The notes under the pieces were generated by a model. It made no database searches. It was not told where the DNA came from and was given only the letters and a program-made list of their open reading frames with translations. Shown piece after piece: positions 9,112 to 18,837 of a stretch of DNA of 64,000 nucleotides. Location of the stretch: positions 45,228 through 109,227 of the forward strand of contig JAXGYZ010000011.1 in NCBI GenBank assembly GCA_040772005.1, written 5' to 3'. Within the stretch, counting starts at the first letter, position 1. Every line of letters begins with the position of its first letter. The position numbers were made by a program, and so were the translations under genes. This DNA comes from Anaerolineae bacterium (GTDB lineage Bacteria > Chloroflexota > Anaerolineae > CG2-30-64-16).

Positions 9112-9256
9112 TATTTCGCCTGCGGTGTTGGGGACATTATAACGGCGCGAGCCGCAGTTCCTCAATTCGGTCAAGTCGATAAATCGTTTCAAACGCCCGG
9201 TCGATTTTTCACGAACAGGGCAATCTGAAGTAGACTGGGGATTGGAGGCGGATGTA

Positions 9257-10480
9257 ATGGAGACGCTGCGCGCTCGGTGGGCCGATTTCACGCGGGATGA
9301 GAGCTGGCCGGTCATCCCCCTGCTCCTGGTGCAGTTCCTGACCGGCGCCTGGACGCTGTCACAGGGGTCCTTCTTTGCCATCTACCTGAACGAGCGGCTG
9401 GCTTACACCGCGGTCGCGGTTGCGACGATGGTCTCGGCCGGCCAGGTGTCGGGGATGCTGTCCGGGTTCCTGGGCGGGCTGCTCAGCGACCGGCTCGGCA
9501 GCCGCGGCCTGCTGATCGCCGGGGTCTTCACGATGGCGGTTGCCAGCCTCGTGTTCCAGGTCCGGTTCCCGCCGGCGATTGCCCTGTTGTGGTTCCTGTC
9601 CGGCATGGGCATGGGATTGATTACGCTCGGCGGCTCCAGCTACCTGACGCGCGTGGCCGACCCGCGGCGCCTGGGCGTGCTGTCCGCACTCTACGCGCTC
9701 AGCGGCACGGCGGGCGGTGCGGCGGGCAACCCCGTCGCGGGCCGCGTGCTGGACACAGCCGGGTTCTCCGTCTACGGGCTGACTGGGTTGGCGCTGCTGG
9801 TGGTGGCGGGGCTGCTGGCGCTGTGGCTGCTGCCGGTGCTGGCGGGTGATCGCAAGGGCAGCCGGCCGCGCGGCAACCTGTTCGGCATGTTCCGGCGGCC
9901 CGTCGTCCGGCTGCTGGTGTATCTGCGCTTCCTGCCGACCATCTACTACGGCATGTCGCTCGTGTTGATTCCGCTGCTCATCAACAATCTGGCGGGCAAC
10001 AAGACCACCGTCGCCATCTACACCGCGGCCAGCCTGGTCTGTGCCTCGCTGGCGCAACTGCTGACGGGGCGGCTGGCCGACCGGTACGGCCACCGCTGGC
10101 CGAACGTCATCGGGTTCGCTGCGCTGATGGTCGCGGGGCTGGGTCTGGCCTTCTTCTCCGACCGCCTGTGGGGCATCTTCGTGTTCGGCATCCTGGGCAG
10201 CGCGGCGGCCTGGTCGATTGCAGCCTTGCTCTTCCTGCTCGTGTCGGACGGCGTGGCGCGCGACGAGCATGGCCGCGTGTTCGGCCTGTTGCACGTCTCA
10301 TGGAACGTGGCATTTATGACCGGTTCGATTGCCGGCGGCGCGCTGATGAGCGTGGCAACCGGCCTGCCCTTCGCGGTCGCAGCCCTGTTGTGCGTCGTCG
10401 CCATCGGCGTATTGTTCGTGTTCTACGCGCAGGTCAAGCCCGCGCCCGCGCTCGAAATGGCCGTTGAGGAAATCGCTTAG
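9257..10480 (+). CDS. MFS transporter
   Basis: About 12 predicted hydrophobic helices. The loop motif LSDRLGSRG after TM2 is MFS-typical. ATG at 9257 follows GGAGG. Confidence 0.75.
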   Translation: METLRARWADFTRDESWPVIPLLLVQFLTGAWTLSQGSFFAIYLNERLAYTAVAVATMVSAGQVSGMLSGFLGGLLSDRLGSRGLLIAGVFTMAVASLVFQVRFPPAIALLWFLSGMGMGLITLGGSSYLTRVADPRRLGVLSALYALSGTAGGAAGNPVAGRVLDTAGFSVYGLTGLALLVVAGLLALWLLPVLAGDRKGSRPRGNLFGMFRRPVVRLLVYLRFLPTIYYGMSLVLIPLLINNLAGNKTTVAIYTAASLVCASLAQLLTGRLADRYGHRWPNVIGFAALMVAGLGLAFFSDRLWGIFVFGILGSAAAWSIAALLFLLVSDGVARDEHGRVFGLLHVSWNVAFMTGSIAGGALMSVATGLPFAVAALLCVVAIGVLFVFYAQVKPAPALEMAVEEIA

Positions 10481-10492
10481 TAAGACAGGCTT

Positions 10493-10548
10493 GGCGGTCT
10501 TTGCGTCTTGGCGTGAACTATAGCTCACGCCAAGACGCAAAGACCGCC
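10493..10548. repeat. Perfect 24-bp-stem hairpin (possible bidirectional terminator)
   Basis: ggcggtctttgcgtcttggcgtga - actatagc - tcacgccaagacgcaaagaccgcc, 13 nt after the MFS stop. Confidence 0.8.
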
Positions 10549-10581
10549 AGGACACATATCTTCACAAGGGAGCAACGCATC

Positions 10582-11865
10582 ATGTATCACCCCAAACCGA
10601 CCGCCGGTGACACATCGTGGTTCGTCCACGATCGCTTCGGGATGTTCATCCACTGGGGCCTGTACGCGCTGCCTGCGCGGCACGAGTGGGTGCGCCATCA
10701 CGAGGAGATTCCCAATGAGGCGTACGAGAAGTATTTCGAGAACTTCGACCCCCACATGTTCGACCCCGAGAAGTGGGCGCGGACGGCCTGGGATGCCGGG
10801 ATGCGCTACGTCGTGCTGACGACGAAGCACCACGAGGGCTTCTGCCTGTGGGACAGCCAGTATACGGACTACAAGGTCACGAACACGCCGTATGGCAAGG
10901 AAATCCTGCGCCCGTTCGTGGAAGCGTTCCGCAAGCAGGGCTTCCGCATCGGCTTCTACTACTCACTGATCGACTGGCATCACCCCGAGTTCCCCATCGA
11001 CGGCGTCCATCCGCTGCGCAACCACCCCGACGCGCTCGAAATGAACAAGAGCCGCGACGTCCGCAAGTACGCCGAGTACATGCGCAACCAGGTGCGCGAG
11101 CTGCTCACGAACTACGGGCAGGTCGATGTCTTGTGGTGCGACTTCTCATATCCCGGCCGTGAGTACAAGGGCATGCCCGGCAAGGGCCGCGACGATTGGG
11201 AGAGCGAGAAGCTGGTCGCGATGATTCGCGAGCTGCAACCCAAGATCCTGTTGGATGACCGGCTCGACCTGCCCGGCTCGGCGGACATCTACACGCCGGA
11301 GCAATATCAGCCGGCCGCGTGGGTGCGGGTGGACGGTGAGCCGGTCGTCTGGGAAGCGTGCCAGACGTTCAGCGGCTCCTGGGGCTATCACCGCGACGAG
11401 GCGACCTGGAAGGATGCAGGGCAGTTGGTGCGCATGTTGGTCAACACGGTCGCAACGGGCGGCAACCTGCTGATGAACGTAGGGCCGACCCCGCTGGGCA
11501 CGTGGGATAGCCGGGCGCTCGACGCACTGAAGATCTACGGCGACTGGATGAAGTTCCACGGCGAGGCCATCTACGGCTGCACGCAGAGCGAGTTCACTGC
11601 GCCGCCGGACTGCCGCCTGACGCAGAAGGGCAACAAGCTCTACCTGCACATCTACGCGTGGCCGTTCCGCTACCTGCTGTTCGAGGGCATGGGCGACAAG
11701 GTGAAGTTTGCGCGCTTCCTGCACGATGGGAGCGAGGTGCTGATGAATGCCATCCCGGAGTGGCAGTTGACGCACTTCGGACTGGACAAGTCCGCGCTGG
11801 TGCTGACGATTCCGGTCAAGCAGCCGGACACCCCGGTGCCGGTCATCGAACTGACGCTGAAATAG
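10582..11865 (+). CDS. Alpha-L-fucosidase (GH29)
   Basis: FGMFIHWGLYALPA, VVLTTKHHEGFCLWDS, YYSLIDWHHPEF. ATG at 10582 follows AAGGGA. Confidence 0.85.
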   Translation: MYHPKPTAGDTSWFVHDRFGMFIHWGLYALPARHEWVRHHEEIPNEAYEKYFENFDPHMFDPEKWARTAWDAGMRYVVLTTKHHEGFCLWDSQYTDYKVTNTPYGKEILRPFVEAFRKQGFRIGFYYSLIDWHHPEFPIDGVHPLRNHPDALEMNKSRDVRKYAEYMRNQVRELLTNYGQVDVLWCDFSYPGREYKGMPGKGRDDWESEKLVAMIRELQPKILLDDRLDLPGSADIYTPEQYQPAAWVRVDGEPVVWEACQTFSGSWGYHRDEATWKDAGQLVRMLVNTVATGGNLLMNVGPTPLGTWDSRALDALKIYGDWMKFHGEAIYGCTQSEFTAPPDCRLTQKGNKLYLHIYAWPFRYLLFEGMGDKVKFARFLHDGSEVLMNAIPEWQLTHFGLDKSALVLTIPVKQPDTPVPVIELTLK

Positions 11866-11961
11866 GACGCGCAAGTGCGCCGCGTCTCCCAGGTGCGGCG
11901 CACTGCTTTGCAAGAGGTCTTGCAGGACGGGTTGCCAACCCGTCCTACCTTACCTTGACGC

Positions 11962-13830
11962 CTACGGTCGCCGGCCGCGGCCCCCGAAGCTGCGCACATT
12001 GCCCACCCCCGTCACGACACCCGACACTGTGAAGGTCGTGTAGGCTGTCCCGCCGGAGTAGGTCCCGCCCTGATACAGCCCGTCCGTCACCTCCCCCGTG
12101 GCCTGCCCGCCGTAGGAGACCTCGTAGGTCGTACCCGTTTTCAGTTCGGGCGACGAGAAGGCAATCGACTGAATCGCCTTGGCCGTCTCGAAGGTCAGCA
12201 CGTCCTGCCCGTCGCTGCTGCGGATGTTGATGAGCGTGCCTGCGGGCAGCGTGGTGTTGAAGTTGAGCAACAGCGCGTTCTGCGTGGATGCGGCATCCGC
12301 GGTCTGCGCCATGCCCGCGCTGCCCACCGCCACGATGAAGCCGCCGCTGATCGTGAAGCCGCTGTGATCCAGCGCACCGTTCATCTGCTCGGTCGGGCCG
12401 TTGACGATGACCAGGCCATCCGTCATGTTGAGCACCCCGTTGACATCCAGGCCGTCGCCGCCCGCATCCACATACACATACCCCCCGTTGATATTGAGTG
12501 TCTGGCCGCTTGCCGCACCGCCGAAGGTGTCCTGGCCCGGCCGGCCGCCCATCATGCCGTCGTTGTCGCCCGCCACATTGATGCCGTCGTCCGCAGAGAC
12601 GAGGTGAATGCTGCCGTCGTTCAGCGTGATGACCGCGCTCTCGATGCCCTCGTAGGAGCGGGTGATGTCCAGCGTACCGCCGTTGATGGTCAGGTTGGTA
12701 TCCGCATGGACGCCATCGTCGCCCGTTGCGATGGTGAAGTTGCCGCCGTTGATGGCGATATTCGTGTTCGAGTGGATTCCGTCGTCGGCCGCGTCGATGG
12801 CGAAGGTCCCGCTGTCGATGTCCACGTTCGCGCCTGCCTTGATGGCCTTGGCCGACACGGTTTCGTCGAGACGGGCGCTGCTGCCGCCGCCCGACTTGAG
12901 GGTGAAGTCGCCGGCCAGGATCAACACATCGGTCTCGCCCGTGATGGCGTCGCCGCCCGCAGTGACGTTGAAAGTGCCGTTCTCGATGGCGATGTAGCCC
13001 AGGGCTGGGTCCTCCTCGTTGTCCGCTTTCAGCCCGTCGCCGCCCGCGGTGACGGTGAGCGTGCCGCCCTCGACCACCAGGTAGTCCTTGCCGCGGATGC
13101 CGTCATCGACGGCCTCGACGGTAATCGTGCCGCCTGTGATGGTCAGGCCGTCCTTCGACGCGATGCCATCGTTGTAGTGCCCTGCGACGACCAGCGCGCC
13201 GCTGCCGCCGATGGTCAGGTCCGCCTTGCTGAAGAGCGCGGCGTTCGGCTCGTCCTCGTCCGGGCTCGCGAAGACGTAGGTCGCGCCGTCCACAACGCGG
13301 TTCGTGCTGCCGCCGGCCAGGACGATGGTAACATCTTCGGCATCCGCAATGTAGAGCGGCGCGCCGGTCGAGTTACTGATGTCGATGCCGTTCAGGATGA
13401 GGGTGACGGTCTCCTCATCCCCAGTATCAACGATGATTTGCCCCTCTGTGAGCGAGCCGCTGAATTCGTAAGTGCCCGCCGCGGTGATCGTGACCCGGCT
13501 GCCGTCCACGCTCGCGCCTTTGCCGTCAACCGTGATGGCGCTGCCGTCCAGCGTGATGCGCGTCGCATTACCGGTCTGCGCGGTCGTCTCAGTGGCAGCG
13601 GGCCGGGCAGCCTCTTTTTCTGCGGCTGCGGTGGCGGCGGATACTGCCGGTGTGGCTGCCGTCGCACTGCCGGCGACTGTGCCGGCCTGGGTCGCTTGGA
13701 GGGTTGTCGCTGTCGCGGCAGGTTGCGCTTGCGCGCCGGTTGTGGCACTGGGAGCGGTCGAGCTGCCGCAGGCTGCCAGCAGTGCGGCGGTGAGCGCGAC
13801 CGGGATTATTCTGGATAAGATCCTGTGCAT
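11962..13830 (-). CDS. Secreted lipoprotein, Cthe_2159-type carbohydrate-binding beta-helix protein
   Basis: Signal peptide plus lipobox (LLAACGSS). Then ITLDGSAITVDG...VTITAAGTYEFSGSLTEGQIIVD and many repeated DDGI/GDGL beta-helix turns. Start chosen at MHRIL (13830). Confidence 0.65.
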   Translation of the reverse strand: MHRILSRIIPVALTAALLAACGSSTAPSATTGAQAQPAATATTLQATQAGTVAGSATAATPAVSAATAAAEKEAARPAATETTAQTGNATRITLDGSAITVDGKGASVDGSRVTITAAGTYEFSGSLTEGQIIVDTGDEETVTLILNGIDISNSTGAPLYIADAEDVTIVLAGGSTNRVVDGATYVFASPDEDEPNAALFSKADLTIGGSGALVVAGHYNDGIASKDGLTITGGTITVEAVDDGIRGKDYLVVEGGTLTVTAGGDGLKADNEEDPALGYIAIENGTFNVTAGGDAITGETDVLILAGDFTLKSGGGSSARLDETVSAKAIKAGANVDIDSGTFAIDAADDGIHSNTNIAINGGNFTIATGDDGVHADTNLTINGGTLDITRSYEGIESAVITLNDGSIHLVSADDGINVAGDNDGMMGGRPGQDTFGGAASGQTLNINGGYVYVDAGGDGLDVNGVLNMTDGLVIVNGPTEQMNGALDHSGFTISGGFIVAVGSAGMAQTADAASTQNALLLNFNTTLPAGTLINIRSSDGQDVLTFETAKAIQSIAFSSPELKTGTTYEVSYGGQATGEVTDGLYQGGTYSGGTAYTTFTVSGVVTGVGNVRSFGGRGRRP

Positions 13831-13847
13831 GGGTTGCTCCTGAAATG

Positions 13848-13869
13848 CATGTAAATCCGCTATTACATG
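13848..13869. promoter_or_regulatory. Palindrome CATGTAA-N8-TTACATG in a divergent promoter region
   Basis: 7-bp perfect inverted arms between the divergent starts at 13830 (-) and 13941 (+). Confidence 0.3.
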
Positions 13870-13940
13870 GCGCAGCATACAGGAGTCATGTTTAGATCAA
13901 ATAAAGGTTTCTTTGGGATTCTATCAAGGGAGACGCAAGG

Positions 13941-15032
13941 ATGCTTGTTATGACGAGAATGCTGCCGTTCGGTCTGGTCCTGGCAGCGCTCACGCTGCTG
14001 CCCGCATTGCCTGCGCACGCGCAGGGTACGGCACCGGCGGAGCCAGGCGCGCCGGTGCTGGTCAACCCCGGCTTCGAGTGCGGGCAGGGGAATCATGCGC
14101 AGCCGGGCATCAACGGCATGGTGCCGAACGGCTGGACCGCGGCGGTGCTTAACGGTTCGCCCCACATCAACAGCACGCAGCTCTGGGCCCGCGGCGGCAG
14201 TTGCGACCCGGCTGACCTGCGCTGGGAGAAGCTGGAGGGCCACGACAGCCTCATCATGCTGGCCTATCCGCCCGGCGGCAGCGACCTGGCGCCGCCTTTC
14301 GATGCGGCCGTCTATCAGCGCGTCGCAGTGACGCCGGGCACGGCCTACAGTCTCAGCGCGTGGATGGTCAGCCTGTGTGGGGGCAGCGCCATGCCGAACG
14401 ACTGCCCGGCCGGGTATTATCTGTCCAAGCTGGCCGGGCTGGACGCGACGGGCGGGACCGATACGCGCGCGGCGACGGTCGGCTGGGTGGAGGACCGGCG
14501 GCCTCACTATATCGCGCGCTGGGTGAACCTTGTCACCGCCGCCACCGCGCAGAGCGACGCCATGACCGTGTTCGTGCGGCTGTACAGCCCGTTTTACCAT
14601 CACGGCAACCACGGCTTCGCAGATGCGATGAAGCTGGTGCGCGCGCCGACGGCACAACTTACTCAGCTCCAGCCCGCGCGCGATACGATCTCGGTCGCGT
14701 GGGCGGGCAGCCTCGGCCCCGACATCGCGGCGATTCCGGGCGGCAACTATCGCCTGTATTTCGAGGTGGAGGTTGCCGCGGGTGCGGCGGCGACCTGGCA
14801 GCCGTGGCTGAGCAATCAGCCGGTGGGCAGTGCGGTGTTGTCCATCGGGGGTTCGTGCGTGGACCGGACCTATCGCTTCCGCGTGCGGGTGCGCGCCGAA
14901 CAGCCCGCCGGGGAGCCGGGCGCGCGGCCCAACCATCGCTTCATCAGTGTGTGGCAGGAATCGGCGCCAGTGCGCGTGGCCCGCACGGTCGTCTGCGACG
15001 AGCAGGCGTTCCTGCCGCTGGTTCGGCGGTAG
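13941..15032 (+). CDS. Secreted protein with a CBM-like jelly-roll plus an FN3-like C-terminal part, function unknown
   Basis: Signal peptide ending ALPAHAQG. NPGFECGQG...GWT is typical of the start of a CBM4/9-like module. GGGAG lies upstream of the ATG. Confidence 0.5.
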   Translation: MLVMTRMLPFGLVLAALTLLPALPAHAQGTAPAEPGAPVLVNPGFECGQGNHAQPGINGMVPNGWTAAVLNGSPHINSTQLWARGGSCDPADLRWEKLEGHDSLIMLAYPPGGSDLAPPFDAAVYQRVAVTPGTAYSLSAWMVSLCGGSAMPNDCPAGYYLSKLAGLDATGGTDTRAATVGWVEDRRPHYIARWVNLVTAATAQSDAMTVFVRLYSPFYHHGNHGFADAMKLVRAPTAQLTQLQPARDTISVAWAGSLGPDIAAIPGGNYRLYFEVEVAAGAAATWQPWLSNQPVGSAVLSIGGSCVDRTYRFRVRVRAEQPAGEPGARPNHRFISVWQESAPVRVARTVVCDEQAFLPLVRR

Positions 15033-15107
15033 GGTGCAGGGTGGCAGGTTGGCTGGCAGGGCCCACGCGAAGAACTTGTAGCTTTGAGCCTTGTGCCGAA
15101 GAAGAAA

Positions 15108-15132
15108 GCGGGCGGCCCTTGCGGCCGCCCCT
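15108..15132 (-). terminator. GC hairpin with a T-rich tail downstream of the PhyH gene
   Basis: gggcggcc-cttgc-ggccgccc; on the minus strand it is followed by ctttcttcttc. Confidence 0.5.
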
Positions 15133-15162
15133 AAAGGTTCAATCAGGCGCTGCGAGTGCTAC

Positions 15163-16005
15163 CTACCGCCCCGCCGACCAGATGAGCGGGAAGTGGTCGC
15201 CCACGACCGGCGCGCCGTCGGACACCGTGATGAACGGCTTCATCGGATGGTTGCCGCTGGTGTCGTAGACGGTTTCCTCGGTCATGAAGTGCAGCGCAAT
15301 GGCGCGGCGCGGGCGATTGCTCGTGTTCGAGCCGGAACCGTGCCAGGTCAGCGAGTGGTGGAAGTGGACGTGCCCTTTCTTCACCGGCGTCGTGACCACG
15401 TACACCGGATGGCCCTCGAACTCGTCGGGGAGGGGTGCGCCGTCAGGCACGGAGCGCAGGAAGGCGTCGCGGTCGCCCCACCGGTGCGAGCCGGGGACCA
15501 TGTACATGCAGCCGTTGTCCAGGTCCGCATCATCCAGCGCGACCCACGCGGTAATCTGCGCGGTCTTGGGCTGCAAGGTGGGCCAGGCCGGCGAGTCCTG
15601 GTGCCAGTGGAGCCGGCCGCCGTGAGCCTGGGGCTTGTACTGAATCTGGTCGTGCCAGATGCGCAGCTCGCGCGCACCGGTCAGTTGGGCGGCCATCTCC
15701 GCGATCCGTGGGTTCGTAATCAACTGGCGGAAGGCCGGGCTGGCCTCGTAGATGTTCACGATCTGCCAGATCGGCCGGTTGTCATCGTTGGTCAGGTTGC
15801 GCAGGAGCACGGGCTGCTGCACCTGGGGGTTGTTCCGGTCGTCGATCACCCGCAGCGTCTCCGCGCGCAGCACCTCGACGGTCTCATCATCCAACACCGG
15901 GCCGCCGTTGACGAAGCCGTTGCGGCGATACAGTTCCATCTGTAGTTCTGATAGGCTCACAGTTCCCTCTCCCATCACGGTGATGTCAGGATAGTACGCT
16001 TGCAC
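15163..16005 (-). CDS. Phytanoyl-CoA dioxygenase (PhyH) family Fe(II)/2-oxoglutarate oxygenase
   Basis: HWHQDSPAW (HxD), VALDDADLDNGCMYMVPGSHRWG, HFHHSLTWHGSGSNTS..RRAIALHF. Start uncertain: GTG at 16005 or ATG 30 nt downstream. Confidence 0.8.
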   Translation of the reverse strand: MQAYYPDITVMGEGTVSLSELQMELYRRNGFVNGGPVLDDETVEVLRAETLRVIDDRNNPQVQQPVLLRNLTNDDNRPIWQIVNIYEASPAFRQLITNPRIAEMAAQLTGARELRIWHDQIQYKPQAHGGRLHWHQDSPAWPTLQPKTAQITAWVALDDADLDNGCMYMVPGSHRWGDRDAFLRSVPDGAPLPDEFEGHPVYVVTTPVKKGHVHFHHSLTWHGSGSNTSNRPRRAIALHFMTEETVYDTSGNHPMKPFITVSDGAPVVGDHFPLIWSAGR

Positions 16006-16140
16006 GCCGCAGCCTGGGGCTGGCGCAGGAGGGGAGTATAAAATGCCCCCGGCCCGGCGTCAAGTCGCAAGCATCATTCTATCGTCATACAAATCGGGAG
16101 ACCGTGAGATGCAATCCATCTGCAAGGGCTTTTTGAATGT

Positions 16141-16187
16141 TTCAGGGGGTATGATGGGCGGCTCAACCACCCATCATACCCCCTGAA
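16141..16187. repeat. 18-bp-stem hairpin downstream of the DUF1080 gene
   Basis: ttcagggggtatgatggg ... cccatcataccccctgaa. Confidence 0.6.
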
Positions 16188-16225
16188 GAGGATTTTACTG
16201 CCTGAGCACGAATAAGGTCAGGGCG

Positions 16226-16957
16226 TTACAGAGAGCGCATCCAGATGTTGCGGAAGCGGATCGGATTGCCGTGATCTTGCAACTCCAGCGGACCCTCCGG
16301 CGGATGCGGCGTGTTGTAGTTCGCCACGATCTTGTGGTTGGTCGGGCCCTGGGCGGCCTGGTCGTGCTGCACCAGCACGTTATTCAGGAAGACCGTCAAC
16401 CGTGCGGGCTGGACGAGCTTGCCCTCGGCATCCCAGCGGGGCGCAAGGAAGACGATGTCGTAGGTCTGCCACTCGCCGGGGCGGCGGCAGGCGTTTGCCA
16501 GGGGCGGGAACTGGCCATAGACGGCCCCGCAGGTGCCGTCGGCATAGGTGTAGTTGTCGTAGTTGTCGAGCAACTGCACCTCGTACAGGCCCAGGAAGAA
16601 GACGCCGCTATTGCCGCGGCCCTGGCCCTGGCCGACGATCTCGGTGGGGGTGGCAAATTCGAGGTGCAACTGGCAATCGCTGAAGTGAGCGCGCGTGCGG
16701 ATGCTGCCCGCACCGCGTACCACCTCCATGTAGCCGTTCTCGACCTTCCAGCCCGCGGCCTCGCCCGTCTTTGCGCTGACCCAGCCCGAGGCGTCGGTGC
16801 CGTCGAACAGCACGGTTGCATCCGATGGCGGTCCGCCCGCGTCACCCGGCGTCACCACCGGCGGTTGCGGACGATAGGGGTCGTGCACGTGCCACTCCGA
16901 ACCGGGGACGAGAGGGGTGTCAGTGTAGCCATCCACGGCTACCCGCTTGAGCTCCAT
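16226..16957 (-). CDS. DUF1080 (3-keto-disaccharide hydrolase-like) domain protein
   Basis: GWKVENGYMEV, DCQLHLEF, GNSGVFFLGLYEVQLLD, GEWQTYDIVF, LELQDHGNPIRFRNIWM. Confidence 0.8.
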   Translation of the reverse strand: MELKRVAVDGYTDTPLVPGSEWHVHDPYRPQPPVVTPGDAGGPPSDATVLFDGTDASGWVSAKTGEAAGWKVENGYMEVVRGAGSIRTRAHFSDCQLHLEFATPTEIVGQGQGRGNSGVFFLGLYEVQLLDNYDNYTYADGTCGAVYGQFPPLANACRRPGEWQTYDIVFLAPRWDAEGKLVQPARLTVFLNNVLVQHDQAAQGPTNHKIVANYNTPHPPEGPLELQDHGNPIRFRNIWMRSL

Positions 16958-17100
16958 GATTCTGCCTCCTGAGGGAAATGGTGGAAAAACCTTTTTGCCC
17001 GGTCAGTATACTCCGGTTATCCGTGAATGCCTAGTTTCGACTGCCAGGAATACTGAGCGCTGCACAGCCGGAGTTCCTGGTGTAGCGCGATTTGAAGGTT

Positions 17101-17170
17101 GGAATCGAGGCTTCAGCCGGTTAGGTTGCCTGTGTGCGTCTACGCCCAATCCGGCTGGAGCCTCGACCCC
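17101..17170 (-). repeat. 70-bp palindromic intergenic repeat, copy 3 (core inverted)
   Basis: ggaatcgaggcttcagccgg ... ccggctggagcctcgacccc. The core is the reverse complement of the copy 1/2 core. Confidence 0.85.
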
Positions 17171-17303
17171 AGGCACATTAGGAGTTCCTGGTGTGGCCGC
17201 ATTGCCTTGACATGGGCGCACGTTTGGACTATGCTTGTCCCGTAATTTTTTGCTGATTGTATGCTTGCCTGTCAGACCAGACCTGGGTGCGGAGGGCAGA
17301 TAT

Positions 17304-18332
17304 ATGGATGCTGAAGCGAAGAAGTCGAAGATTGCCTGGTATCGCTCGCCGGTGGACCGGCAGACGCTCGCCCGGCTGAACCAGCGGAGCAACCTCAAGG
17401 GCTTCGCACAGACGTTGGGCCACCTCGGGCTGCTCTTGCTCACGGGCGCGGCCGCGTGGTATGCCGCAGAGCACCTGCCCCTGCCGGTGACGCTGTTGCT
17501 CTTGTTTGTCCACGGCACGTTCTACGCCTTCCTGCTCAACGGGTTCCACGAGCTGTGTCACGCGTCGGTGTTCAAGACCAAATCGCTGAACACGGCCTTC
17601 CTCTACATCATCAGCTTCCTCGGCCAGTTCAACCCGGTGCTGTTTTGGGCGAGTCACCAGGAGCACCACAAGTACACGCTGCACCCGCCGGATGACCTCG
17701 AAGTCGTCCTGCCGGTCGAGCTGACTCTGACGAGTTTTCTCAAGAGCGCAATCGTCAACCCGTGGGGCTTCGTGGGCCGCTGGAAGGGCGTCATCCGCTT
17801 GAGTCTGGGCAAACTCGAAGGCGAATGGGAGCACGCCCTGTTCCCCGAAACCGCGGTTGAAGCTCGCAGCCGGCTGTTCAACTGGGCGCGCATCCTGCTG
17901 GTCGGCCATCTGCTGCTGACTGTCGTCTCGCTGCTGTTGGGCTGGTACATGCTGCCGGTGCTGATCACGTTAGCGCCATTCTACGGCGGTTGGCTGCTCT
18001 ATCTTTGCAACAATACGCAGCACGTGGGGCTGCAGGACAATGTGCCCGACTACCGGCTGTGCTGCCGGACCATCATCCTGAACCCGTTCCTGCGCTTCGT
18101 CTACTGGCACATGAACTTCCACACCGAGCATCATATGTACGCGGCCGTGCCGTGCTACAACCTAGGCAAGCTGCACCAGGCCATCAAGCCGGACCTGCCG
18201 CACTGCCCGGTCGGGCTGGTCGAGACATGGCAGGGTATCATCGCCATCCTGCGCAAGCAAAAGGTCGACCCGGCCTACGAGTACGTGCCGGACCTGCCGG
18301 TGCGGCCAGAGCAGCTGGTAGGGGCGAGGTAA
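17304..18332 (+). CDS. Membrane fatty-acid desaturase family protein
   Basis: Three His boxes: HELCH, HQEHHKYT, HTEHHMY. Hydrophobic segments are present. ATG at 17304. Confidence 0.8.
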   Translation: MDAEAKKSKIAWYRSPVDRQTLARLNQRSNLKGFAQTLGHLGLLLLTGAAAWYAAEHLPLPVTLLLLFVHGTFYAFLLNGFHELCHASVFKTKSLNTAFLYIISFLGQFNPVLFWASHQEHHKYTLHPPDDLEVVLPVELTLTSFLKSAIVNPWGFVGRWKGVIRLSLGKLEGEWEHALFPETAVEARSRLFNWARILLVGHLLLTVVSLLLGWYMLPVLITLAPFYGGWLLYLCNNTQHVGLQDNVPDYRLCCRTIILNPFLRFVYWHMNFHTEHHMYAAVPCYNLGKLHQAIKPDLPHCPVGLVETWQGIIAILRKQKVDPAYEYVPDLPVRPEQLVGAR

Positions 18333-18361
18333 CCTCGCCCGCACCCCCAGGAGGTGCGACC

Positions 18362-18829
18362 GTGACGATCACTTCCGCCGCAGCGTTCGTCCCCGCGGGC
18401 CAGGACATCTACGGCCAGCGCTGGGGCCTGGGCGTCAGCACGATGGCGTTCAAGGTTGCCGGACAGGGCGAGCAGGGCCTGTTCGTGCTGGAGAATACCT
18501 TCCATGCGCAGGGCGGCCCCGCCCGCCATCTGCACTACGCGCAGGATGAATGGTTCTATGTGCTCGAGGGTGAGTTCATCGTCGAGGTCGGCGGGGAGCA
18601 GTTCCGCCTGCGTCCGGGCGACTCGGTGTTTGCTCCGCGCCGCGTGCCCCACGCGCCGGCCCATGTGGGCGACGCGGTGGGGCGGCTGCTGGTAACCTTT
18701 TCGCCCGCGGGCCAGATGGAGGCCTTCTTCCGGCTGGTGACGCCGGAGAACAAGATGCCCGTGCCAGAGCCCGCGCTGTGGCGCGCCTACGGCATGGAGG
18801 TGGTGGGGCCGCCGATCGAGATTCCCTGA
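18362..18829 (+). CDS. Cupin-domain protein
   Basis: GTG follows GGAGG. GGPARHLHYAQDEWFYVLEGEF...PGDSVFAPRRVPHA is the cupin motif 1/2 pattern. Confidence 0.7.
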   Translation: MTITSAAAFVPAGQDIYGQRWGLGVSTMAFKVAGQGEQGLFVLENTFHAQGGPARHLHYAQDEWFYVLEGEFIVEVGGEQFRLRPGDSVFAPRRVPHAPAHVGDAVGRLLVTFSPAGQMEAFFRLVTPENKMPVPEPALWRAYGMEVVGPPIEIP

Positions 18830-18837
18830 TCGCGGTC

